Positions 52,473 through 64,000 of a DNA stretch of 64,000 nucleotides are shown here, one piece after another. The stretch is from Octopus bimaculoides (lineage: Eukaryota), in contig NC_068990.1 of NCBI RefSeq assembly GCF_001194135.2, positions 11,830,321-11,894,320 on the forward strand, written 5' to 3'. A program made the translations under genes and the position numbers. Position 1 is the first letter of the stretch. Every line of letters starts with the position of its first letter. The notes beneath the pieces were generated by a model. It saw nothing but the letters and a program-made list of their open reading frames with translations, was not told where the DNA came from and searched no databases.

Positions 52473-53290
52473 GACAGACTACAGGGAAATTTGACTGCTT
52501 TTTGAAAGACAGATTGCAGTAAAATTTGACTGCTTTTTTAAAGACAGATTGCAGGGAAATTTGACTGCTTTTTGAAAGACAGATTGCAGTAAAATTTGAC
52601 TGCTTTTCGAAAGACAGACTACAGGGAAATTTGACTGCTTTTTGAAAGACAGATTGCAGTAAAATTTGACTGCTTTTTTAAAGACAGATTGCAGGGAAAT
52701 TTGACTGCTTTTTTAAAGACAGATTGCAGGGAAATTTGACTGCTTTTTTTAAAGACAGATTGCAGGGAAATTTGACTGCTTTTTTAAAGACAGATTNNNN
52801 NNNNNNNNNNNNNNNNNNNNNNNNNNNNNNNNNNNNNNNNNNNNNNNNNNNNNNNNNNNNNNNNNNNNNNNNNNNNNNNNNNNNNNNNNNNNNNNNNNNN
52901 NNNNNNNNNNNNNNNNNNNNNNNNNNNNNNNNNNNNNNNNNNNNNNNNNNNNNNNNNNNNNNNNNNNNNNNNNNNNNNNNNNNNNNNNNNNNNNNNNNNN
53001 NNNNNNNNNNNNNNNNNNNNNNNNNNNNNNNNNNNNNNNNNNNNNNNNNNNNNNNNNNNNNNNNNNNNNNNNNNNNNNNNNNNNNNNNNNNNNNNNNNNN
53101 NNNNNNNNNNNNNNNNNNNNNNNNNNNNNNNNNNNNNNNNNNNNNNNNNNNNAAAGACAGACTACAGGGAAATTTGACTGCTTTTTGAAAGACAGATTGC
53201 AGTAAAATTTGACTGCTTTTTTAAAGACAGATTGCAGGGAAATTTGACTGCTTTTTTAAAGACAGATTGCAGGGAAATTTGATTGATTTT
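52473..53290. repeat. 35-bp minisatellite (GACAGATTGCAGGGAAATTTGACTGCTTTTTTAAA)n spanning a gap
   Basis: Units start at 52473, 52508, 52543, 52578, 52613, 52648, 52683, 52718, 52754 and resume at 53156. Confidence 0.97.
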
Positions 53291-55854
53291 TTTTGATAGA
53301 TTGTGTAAGCACCAAAGAACTCCTTTATTGGCTCCTATATTTCTGAGTTAGCAGTTGGGTAAATTCATTTTTACTTATGGCAATTTAAAGTTGTTATGAA
53401 CAAAAATAAAACTTTATCTATTTTATGAAACAAAGTCGGTTGCTAGCTGCTATACTGGCTTTTGAAACTGCTTTTATTTTTGCTGTTGTTTTCATTTTAT
53501 CAATTGTCATTGTTATTGTTGTGGTTGTTATTGTTACTGATATTGAATGTAAGGTTACAGAGTTATGGCAGTTCTTATCAGCTTTCAGCATTTTGAGCGT
53601 CATAGAGTCCGTTGATCTTTTCAAAACAAAAATCCAACGCAACTGATTTAACTTTTACATTGGTTTTCTTGTAAATATTTTATGAAATGCGATTGTGAAT
53701 AATACCCATATCAAATACTTCATGTCTTTTAAAGAGAGATATCTAATAAACTAATCAATGGTTATTCTACAGCTAAGAGATCTTTTTTTTAACCTTTAAG
53801 CATTCACAATACTAATAGCATTATGATATGTTGATAAACACATACACATACACACACATATTTACTCACATTTATATAGATTTATATACAAATAATGAAA
53901 TGATGCAACTAAGAAAACAGTGAATTCCTAAGTAATTTAGTGGGAATTACATTCTACAAAAGATAGAGTGTGAATAGAGGAGACTATAGTTATACAAAAA
54001 AAAAAAACATCGTCTTTATAAGGAAACATATTTAGGTGGCTGAAAGCTAATGAGTTTTAATTACATACCAGTTATTCAGATGTTTAAATAGTTAAAAATT
54101 ATTCTAAACTATAGTAATACACAAAAAGGTTATACACATCATACATAAATAGGAAAATATCCTCATCATCATCTTCGTTATCATCATTATCATTATCCCC
54201 ACCATCATTATCACCTCCATCATTATCATATTTTGATGTACATCTTTCATGCTGGCATGGGTTAGATAGTTTAAGAGAATGTCTCAAGTTCAAGGACTGC
54301 ATGTATGCTAATGTTTGCTTTGGCTGGATGTTCTTCATAATGCTACCCTCTTTAAAGAATGTAGTGTGTGCATTTTTATTTGTGGCACCAGCAGCACTTG
54401 TGGAACCACTATACAGGTTGCATGATTACGATTTCCTTTGACTGAAGAGAGCTAAAGTAGAGAAGAAAGCAGCTTTATGTTCAGAGATGAGAGGATAAAG
54501 TAGGAGAAAAGAGGCCAACATCAAACAGGTTTCTTGCTGTAGAGGAGATACATGGCTACTCGCATAAAGAAGTGAGTGCATTGAAAATCTGTAATCTCAC
54601 TCATTTGAAGAGGATCTTATCTGTACAAACTGCATGGTAGCCTCACTTGTGCTAGCACCCAGTGTACTCTGTAAAGTGGTTGGCATTAGGGAGGGTATCT
54701 AGCCATACAAGTTACAATTCTCTCCATTATTTCAACCAATGACATTACTTGCTGCTATTCACTCCTAATATACTCTTTAGCCAAAGCATCACACACAAAG
54801 AATCTCCCCACACACATACACACACACCCATATGCATAGTTACAAATAATCACAAACAACTAAATCATTATATTTGTTGAAAACAGCCCCAATTATGCAA
54901 TATTAATAACATTCTTTCTCCCACTATTGTTATCATAATTATTTTTTTTTTTTTTTTCTAAACATATTATCTCGTACTTTCATTAATAAATTTCGATTTC
55001 TTGATTTAAATAGATAATTTTATCTCTTTGGTGAAACTATTTCAGTTTTATTAATATTTCAAGAGGAAAGTGAATGTGAGAGAAGTTGTAGATGAGGAGA
55101 AAGTTCAAGGGCAAGAGGTGTATAGATGTAGAGATAGAGGAATAGATAGATACATAGATAAACAGAGAGGGAGCAAAAATGAGCAAACAATGAGAGAGAA
55201 ATGAAAGAAAGCATCCAATTTGTTATTACTTCAGAAATATATATACATTGTTCTAAATAATTTGTCATATAATTATACATCCTGTATTGTTTCAATCTAA
55301 CTGTTCAGTGGCTTTTACAAATTTCTGAAAGCCGTGACCTATAGAGAAAAAGAAAACTGTGTATGGTTGCTTAAACTGCTAGAAATAGCAGCAATATCTC
55401 CTCTAAGTCATACATATTGTTTCCATAAAAGACGGACAGATTGGAGAATGTGGTCCTTAATATATAGAGAAAGGGGGGAAGTGCATTGCATTAAAGGTTT
55501 GCTCAAGTATGGCTAATCTAAGGATAAATAACAATAAAAAGAGTCTCTATTTGCTTGGGTAACTTACAAGAAAGGATAGCCTAAACACTCTGAAATCACA
55601 TTGTTACACTTTCAAAAGAGAAGAACAAATTAGAGAATATTGTCACTGATATAGAATAAGTTGGGTGGGCTTAGGAGGAAATTTTTCATCATAAATCTGC
55701 TTAAGAAGTAATCTGTGAAAACACAAGATTCATCATGCATACAACTAGCTTGAGAAAAAGGAAGGACACATTGGATGATGCAGTCCTTTGGTATACATAT
55801 GTATGTGAAAGAAAGGGAGAGAAGGAATGTATGCACATGCATGTATATGCATGT

Positions 55855-57285
55855 GTGTCATCATCATCATTGTCCATGTTGGTATGGGTTGGACGGTTTG
55901 ACTGGGCTTGTTTGCTGGAAGGCTGCACCAGGCTCTAGTTTGATTTGGCTGGATTTTTTATGGCTGGATGCCCTTCCTACCACCAACCACTCTGAGGGTG
56001 TAATGGGTGCATTTACATGCCACCGGTATCTGCCATGACTGCGATTTTGCTCAGATTGATTGGTCTTCTTCTCAAGCAGTACATAATGTCAAAAGTTTTG
56101 GTCATTGCCTCCATGAGGCCAAACACTTGAAAGGAACTTGGCCACTTTGCCTCCATGAGGCTCAGCACTTAAAAAGACTCAGTCACTTTGCCTCAGTCAC
56201 ACCCAACGCTCATAAGGAACTCAGCCACTATGCCTCCATGAGGCCTAATGCTCAAAATGAACTTAGCCACTTTGCCTCCGTGAGGCCCAACGTTCAAAGG
56301 TTGATTTCTTACATGTCACCAGTAGTGAGGTTCCAAGTTTGAAAGTCATGCTTCACCACCCCGTCCTATGTCTTCCTGGGTCTACCTCTACCACAGGTCC
56401 CCTCCACATTTAGAGATCAGCACTTCTTTACGCAGCTGCTTTCATCTATATGCATCACAGGACCATACCAACACAGTCGTCTCTCTTGCATGCCACATCT
56501 AATTCCTCTCATGTCTAACTTTTCTCTCAAGATGCTTATACTCTGTCGAAAATGCTCACTAACATTTCACATCCAGTGAAACCTACTGGCTTCATTTCTT
56601 TCAAGCCTACGCATGTCCTCGGCTGTTATAGCTCATGTTTCACTGCCATGCAGTATAGCAGTTCACACACAGGCACCTACCCCTGCTGGCCTCTCTCCGA
56701 GAGAGAGGCCAGCAGGGGTAGGATCTCCTTGAACTTTGCCCAACCTAATCTTATTCTCTCAATTACACTCTCGGAACATCCAGCTCTACTACTAACCTAG
56801 TTACTGGAAGCTATCAACTACCTCTAGCTTTCCACACTGGCAGTTGATGAAGTCTATTTTCCATGCATGTTCAGCATTTATTATGCCTGTTTACCTTCCA
56901 CATACAAAAGCTAGTTTCTCTGTTAACCTCCCTTTGATGTTGCAACACCTTTTGTGTCCAAGGCTTACACTGGGTGCATCTTATGGAGCTTCTACCTACA
57001 CCCTTTGCTACAGATTGAGCTGGGCCATCTACCTCAAGGGATTTGTGATATGTCTGCCTTCCTGCTTACTATAACTTTGGTTTTTGCTAGGTTAACTCTA
57101 AGGCCTCTCGATTCTAGACTTTGTTTCCATACTTGGAACTTCGTCTCTAGTTCAGATAGGGATTCAGATATAAGAGCAAGGTCATCAGCATAGCAGAGCT
57201 CCCAGGAGCAGCCTATCTTGAATTCCTCTGTTATCACTTGGAGGACTATGATGAACAAGAGGGGGTTGAGCACTGAGTATGTCAA
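55855..57285 (-). mobile_element. 5'-truncated RTE-clade LINE (RT end, Cys-rich insert, C-terminus, 3' UTR, (GAT)n tail)
   Basis: LNPLLFIIVL..ELCYADDLALISES..GLRVNLAKTK, then WPSSIC.KGVGRSSIRCTQCK.W, then a C-terminal GRGRPRKT motif, ending in the GGAAGGGCATCCAG..(GAT)n tail. Confidence 0.9.
56107..56335. repeat. 42-bp tandem repeat inside the RTE C-terminal coding region
   Basis: GCCTCC(A/G)TGAGG-like anchors at 56107, 56149, 56190, 56232 and 56274, plus a partial unit near 56325. Confidence 0.9.
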
Positions 57286-57575
57286 AGTATGTCAAATAAA
57301 ATACAACATAAATTTTTGATTTATTAAAATTAATTCTACTTCTGGATGATGTAACATAATTACCAAATGGTAATTGGGAAGAGGAGATAACTTCTTAAGA
57401 AGGGGAGATAACCTCAAGAATCAAGAATTTCTCCAAAAGTAACATTTCATTAGGGATAAAGACTTATTGCTTCAAGTTGTCCAAGATACCAAGCAGTGGT
57501 ATTGAAATTGAAAGCATGTAGTTGGAAAGCAAACATTTTAACATGCAGTTCTATATTTAAGAGATGAGGAATTAT

Positions 57576-57691
57576 GTACATTATTTACATTATTTACATT
57601 TAACAGATATTTGTCCTCATCTTGTTTGTTGTTAACAACAAATAAGATGAGGACAAATATCTGTCAAATGTAAATAATGTAAATAATGTAC
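57576..57691. repeat. 116-bp palindrome made from the tail of the hammerhead-bearing family
   Basis: 58-bp arms centred on GTTGTT|AACAAC, with 2 mismatches by eye. Confidence 0.9.
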
Positions 57692-57727
57692 TTTTAACAG
57701 ACACTCATGTATTATGTATATATATAT

Positions 57728-57764
<37 letters not shown>

Positions 57765-58794
57765 ATGTTTAATGTCCATTTTCCTTACTGGTGTGAGTTA
57801 GATGGATTGCCAGTACCTGATGGATTTGAGGACTGTACTATGTTACAGTGTCTGCCTTGGCCTGGTTTCTATTGCTGGATAACTTCCATAATACCAAAGA
57901 CCTTACAGAGTGCACTGGTGTGCTTTGTTGTGGAACTATCAAAAATAAGGTCTCCATGCAGCTTCTATGACTAAGATTCTCTTCAAATGAGTGATGCTGC
58001 AGTAAGGGAAGATGACTTCATTCATACATATAGACTACACACACAAACACAAACAAACACATACATACACATACAAACATGAATATTTAATATAGACATA
58101 TCCTTATAGAGTTTTGGAATATGGCTTTATCAAAGTTTAAAATTCCAATCATTTTATCAAGTTCCATTGTTACTCGCACTATTGTTCCATGAGATTCTTA
58201 AGAGTATTCTTATATTTCTTGAAGATGATATGCATATTTAATTCTTGTTCCTTTTCAAATTGTTATAGTTTACTGTACTTTTACATCTCGTAAGCATTTC
58301 AGTCACCATGTCACTTAACTCTCGAGATTGCAATACTTGATATATACATATGTGTGTGTGTGTGTGTGTATGTAGGTAGGTAGGTGTGTGTCTGTGTATG
58401 TGTAGATAGATAGGTATATATAAGTATATATATATATATATATATATATATNNNNNNNNNNNNNNNNNNNNNNNNNNNNNNNNNNNNNNNNNNNNNNNNN
58501 NNNNNNNNNNNNNNNNNNNNNNNNNNNNNNNNNNNNNNNNNNNNNNNNNNNNNNNNNNNNNNNNNNNNNNNNNNNNNNNNNNNNNNNNNNNNNNNNNNNN
58601 NNNNNNNNNNNNNNNNNNNNNNNNNNNNNNNNNNNNNNNNNNNNNNNNNNNNNNNNNNNNNNNNNNNNNNNNNNNNNNNNNNNNNNNNNNNNNNNNNNNN
58701 NNNNNNNNNNNNNNNNNNNNNNNNNNNNNNNNNNNNNNNNNNNNNNNNNNNNNNNNNNNNNNNNNNNNNNNNNNNNNNNNNNNNNNNNNNNNNN

Positions 58795-58826
<32 letters not shown>

Positions 58827-59440
58827 CACATATATCCATATCAACGCATGTGTGTGTATGTATGTATGTACTTTTATTACAGTTCCTATCATCATTACTT
58901 TTTTTTTATATATATACATTTTATTCATTAAAAAATATATATGTTTCTTTTATTTTACTTCAGAATTGTCAATGGAGCATCTTACTTTAATTTCCTTGAC
59001 ATAAATTTTAAATAATGGTAGTTTATGATGCTGAATCACTTTTTAACAACTTCCTTCTGTTCAAGGGATTCCAATGCTGCAAGAATTTGTATGCCAATAT
59101 ACTTCAACACATATGGTTTTTATTTCAAAAAACACTATAATTACAGATATTTACACTCAATACACATTGGTGTTTTGTTTTATATTTGATATAGGAGTAT
59201 TATACAATTGTATTTTTCTTAATTTTATGTGTGATGCAGTAGGAAGATTACTTATCTTATTATGTTAGGTCATTATTCTTTAATTTCTTTGTTGTTGTTT
59301 TGTTTTTTTGTATTTGTGGTCTGCATTTTTATTTGTATGTTTTTTTTGTTTCTGTATGTTTTATTGCTGCTACTACTACTAGAATGAAATTACTTTGTGA
59401 GTAATAAAATACATGAAATGAAATTTAGGGATATATATAT

Positions 59441-59476
<36 letters not shown>

Positions 59477-59651
59477 GTTTAACGTCTGCCTTCCATGCTA
59501 GCATGGGTTGGACGATTTGACTGAGGACTGGTGAAACCGGATGGCAACACCAGGCTCCAATCTAATTTGGCAGAGTTTCTACAGCTCGATGCCCCTCCTA
59601 ACGCCATATATGTATGTGTATATATATATATATATATATGCATATATATGA

Positions 59652-59686
<35 letters not shown>

Positions 59687-60071
59687 TTTATATATATTGT
59701 GTGTGTATACACATATAAACACACAGACATATACACACACACACACACATATATAAACAATACAAACATATATATTCATATACATAATTAGCTTACATTC
59801 TATCTTTTATATTAATTTAAACATTTTTTTTATTTGCTAGTTTTTAATTTAATTTTATTTGTAAAGTCATTCTTAAATTTACTATGTATGTGTTCTTTGA
59901 TGTATGCAAATATATATCTACATTTATTATTTAAGTTTACTTGTGTGCATATGTGTTGTATGTGTATCTGTTCATGTGTGTGTATATAGTGCATATGCAT
60001 ATATATGTATGTATGTATATAGCTGTCTATCTAGCTATTTAGCTATCTATCTATCTAATCTACCTATCTAA

Positions 60072-60133
<62 letters not shown>

Positions 60134-62110
60134 CAAATGATATGTGAGCATATGCATATATACATACATATATGTACATACCTACATCTACATGTATATA
60201 CAGATGCATATCTGGGTACAGGACGTCAAATATATATATATAACAAAAGTTTAATGACCCCTTTCAGTCATGAATGACCATATGATTGCATGCAGAATGT
60301 TCCCCTCTGAGGCACAAGTCTGGGCAAGGTTGTTTATGGAAAAGATCAGCCGTGATCCATGCATACCAGGCTCCCCTCTCCATACCACTGATGCTATCCA
60401 ACGAAAAGACAGATGCAGCTTAGATGCCAATCACTCCGAGAGTGTAGTGGGTGTTTTTATGTGCCACCAGCACAAGGGCCAGTTACGCAGTACTGGCAAC
60501 GGCCATGCTCAAAATTGATGTTTTTTACGTGCCACCTGCACAGGAGCCAGTCCAGCGGCACTGGCAACGACCTCACTTGAATGATTTTCTAATGTGCCAG
60601 TAAGGCGATGCTGGTAATGATCGTGCTCAAATGGTGCTATTTACAGGCCAGTAGCGAGGAAGCCAGACAGCTGCTCTGCCAATGATCATGCTCGGATGGT
60701 GCTGTTAGTGCTCCACTGGCACAGGTGTCAGTCATCGAATATGGTTCAATTATGATTTCGATTTCACTTGCCTCAACAGGTCTTCACAAGCAGAGTTTAG
60801 TGTCCAATGAAGGAGAGGTTGGCATGGGTGCCAGTCGTCGAATTTGGTCCAATTTCGATTTCAAATGTATATATATATATATAGCAAATGAAAGACGGAA
60901 GATGGAATAGATGAGAATTTATTAATCACAACAATTGTTTCCACACATCTAGTTTGGTAATGAGAGGAAATATACATGTACAAGTAATGCATTAATTCTT
61001 TAATATGGTATCGGTTTTATTTCTCAACTAAGGATATAAATTATTACCACCAAATTATTTAGAAATTATTTATAATTATTCATTGTGTCTGTTAACTGAG
61101 TCATTCTTCAATTAATGTGATTTAAGTTGACTTTCTTGAGTAAATGTGAATCTTATTACATCATATATGTACGCATATCAATGCTGTATGTTCGATACTA
61201 TCAGAGAAGGTGGCATGCAATTGGTTCTAATAAAGACAGCAAAACACAAAATCATTTGTTGTTGTGCAAGGAATATGCTACAAGGATATAAATGCAATTT
61301 TCCACTATCTGAATTCCAGTAATAAAAAACATGCTTGCAAAATTTACCTACTGCTGTAATTCTGTATTTAAGATCAATGTTAATAAGTTTTGTCATATAA
61401 AATACTAAAAACAATTACCGTAAACAATAGCTGATATTGTTATGTCGACAGCCCCAGACTCCAGTCTGATTATAATCTTTGTTTCTGAGTGTGTGTTATT
61501 AGATTAGAAAACAAATTACGATAAGATTATATCATGGTATTACAAGAACAGAGTTGTATATGAAGAAAATAAATTTCAGTTAATTAATCCTCAATGGAAT
61601 TTATGCATTCAACATCTCACATATAAACAAACCTGGATAATATGGATAACGTGTTGTTAGAATCTTGCACACCATTACTCCTAAGATTTGTTACCATTGT
61701 ATTAGCATACTGTCCTTCCATATCATTGGATAATTCTAGTCAGGTGTATGCCTTGTAGAAGAACTGGCATGAAATGTTGTGGCAGTGGACAGAAAAATTA
61801 CTTTCTCATTGGGATCTATGATTATTCTTTTCTACCCTAGGCTTAATGTCTGAAATTTTGGAGGAGAGGACCAGTCAATTAGATCAACCCAGTATGCAAC
61901 TGGTACTTAATTTATCGACCCCTGAAAGTATGAAAAATAAAGTCGACCTCTGCAGAATTTGAACTCAGAATGTAAAGACAGACAAAATACTGCTAGGCAT
62001 TTTGCCTGGTGTGCTAATGTTTCTACCAGCTTACCATCTTGGGTTCCAAGGTTATTGCATGAGCTTAATATCTATAATAAATTTATCTTCGAGTATTGGG
62101 TACTGCTCAA

Positions 62111-63225
62111 TCATCATCATCATCATCATCATCGTTTAACGTCCGCTTTCCATGCTAGCATGGGTTGGACGATTTGACTGAGGACTGGTGAAACCGGATG
62201 GCAACACCAGGCTCCAGTCCGATTTGGCAGAGTTTCTACAGCTGGATGCCCTTCCTAACGCCAACCACTCAGAGAGTGTAGTGGGTGCTTTTACGTGTCA
62301 CCCGCACGAAAACGGCCACGCTCGAAATGGTGTCTTTTATGTGCCNNNNNNNNNNNNNNNNNNNNNNNNNNNNNNNNNNNNNNNNNNNNNNNNNNNNNNN
62401 NNNNNNNNNNNNNNNNNNNNNNNNNNNNNNNNNNNNNNNNNNNNNNNNNNNNNNNNNNNNNNNNNNNNNNNNNNNNNNNNNNNNNNNNNNNNNNNNNNNN
62501 NNNNNNNNNNNNNNNNNNNNNNNNNNNNNNNNNNNNNNNNNNNNNNNNNNNNNNNNNNNNNNNNNNNNNNNNNNNNNNNNNNNNNNNNNNNNNNNNNNNN
62601 NNNNNNNNNNNNNNNNNNNNNNNNNNNNNNNNNNNNNNNNNNNNNNNNNNNNNNNNNNNNNNNNNNNNNNNNNNNNNNNNNNNNNNNNNNNNNNNNNNNN
62701 NNNNNNNNNNNNNNNNNNNNNNNNNNNNNNNNNNNNNNNNNNNNNNNNNNNNNNNNNNNNNNNNNNNNNNNNNNNNNNNNNNNNNNNNNNNNNNNNNNNN
62801 NNNNNNNNNNNNNNNNNNNNNNNNNNNNNNNNNNNNNNNNNNNNNNNNNNNNNNNNNNNNNNNNNNNNNNNNNNNNNNNNNNNNNNNNNNNNNNNNTCAG
62901 CTTTTCTCTCAAGATACTTACACTCTGACGGGTATTCACATTGACATTACACATCCAATGGAGCATACTGGCTTCATTCCTTGCGAGCTTACGTATGTCC
63001 TCAGCAGTTACAGCCCATGTTTCACTGCCATGTAGCATGGTTGTTCGTACGCATGCGTCATACAGTCTGCCTTTTACTCTGAGTGAGAGTCCCTTTGTCG
63101 CCAGCAGGGGTAAGAGCTCTCTAAACTTTGCCCAGGCTATTCTTATTCTAGCAGCTACACTTTCAGCGCACCCACCCCCACTACTAACTTGGTCGCCCAG
63201 ATAGCGGAAGCTATCGACTACCTCT
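62111..63225 (-). mobile_element. RTE-clade LINE 3' portion spanning an assembly gap
   Basis: MLHGSETWAVTAEDIRKLARNEASMLHWMCNV (62900-63038). 3' tail ending in (GAT)n at 62111-62345. Confidence 0.88.
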
Positions 63226-63313
63226 AGTTTTTCACCCTGGAATGAGATAGAAGTTGTTATAAACCAAATATGTGCTGTGTGTGTATTTATACATAGATAA
63301 ATTTCATCATCAT

Positions 63314-63361
<48 letters not shown>

Positions 63362-63639
63362 ATGTATAAAATCAAAATAAGCAACAAGGATATTCAAGGA
63401 TAATGCAGTACGATCGTTTCATGAGACTCCATTTATTTAAGCAATGTGAGCATTACATTAAATGTAAAATGCAGAGCAATCCTCAACTGCACAAAGATAT
63501 AGAAATTTACTGAAATTTCTTTTCAGTAGAAGGACATTTTATTGTAACTACATTTAAACAATTGTTTAAATGTAGGCACCTGTTATGTGGTGGCACAAGA
63601 GACCAGGTAAAGTAAGTTCACCAGGACAATCATGATAAT

Positions 63640-64000
63640 CCCCTGCCACAATGATTATTTTTTCGCAGCTTTGAGGAAGTTCATGAAGAGGTTTCATCGC
63701 AAAAGGTCAGAGTTCTTCAATTTTGATCGGTGGCACCTGCACCAGAACAATGCACCAGTCCACAGTTCCATCCTGGAAACCGACTACTTCAAATAGATGG
63801 GTAACACAATTGCCCATCACATTTCCTACAGTCTAGACCTCGCTACCTGTGACTTTTGGTTATTCCTCAACTTGAAGGAATGGTTGATGGAGGCTGTGAC
63901 AAGGGTCCTGAACATCTTCACTTTCAAGGACTTCCCTGGGGCTTTCATGAAGTGGCTGTAGTGCTCCAACCAGTGCACTGAAGTTAGAGAATCCTACTTC
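63640..64000 (+). mobile_element. Decayed mariner (DD34D) transposase C-terminus
   Basis: RWHLHQNNAPVHSSIL, YSLDLATCDFWLF.NLKE, EAVTRVL, GAFMKWL. Confidence 0.85.

Noticed and set aside
52473-53290. CRISPR-like array
   Set aside because: Units abut with no unique spacers, and the context is eukaryotic.
53418-53646. Overlapping ORFs on both strands
   Set aside because: Explained by (GTT/ATT) low complexity, with no homology recognised.

Overview
AT-rich, extremely repeat-dense eukaryotic DNA from a draft assembly with N gaps. The SINE/LINE families and the (TA)n, (CAT)n and (AAT)n load look like an octopus/cephalopod genome (inference from family recognition, not a database result). I recognise no host protein-coding gene. 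The supplied ORFs are microsatellite or gap artefacts, or decayed transposon coding sequence: Tx1/L1, two RTE types, R4/Dong, two hAT, mariner and maT. The most notable content is RNA structure. There is one apparently intact, canonical type-I hammerhead ribozyme in non-repetitive sequence (21485-21542, +). Minimal Penelope-type hammerhead motifs from several unrelated sequence families also occur, including a tRNA-headed SINE-like element that carries a hammerhead and repeatedly sits in inverted pairs or fold-back palindromes. Other observations: (AAT)n-targeted insertions, inverted RTE insertions, a 42-bp in-frame amplification in an RTE C-terminus, a 35-bp minisatellite with variant-order structure, and a diverged duplication that may represent alternative terminal exons. 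All structures were paired by eye, no folding or search programs were run, and TE boundaries are approximate.
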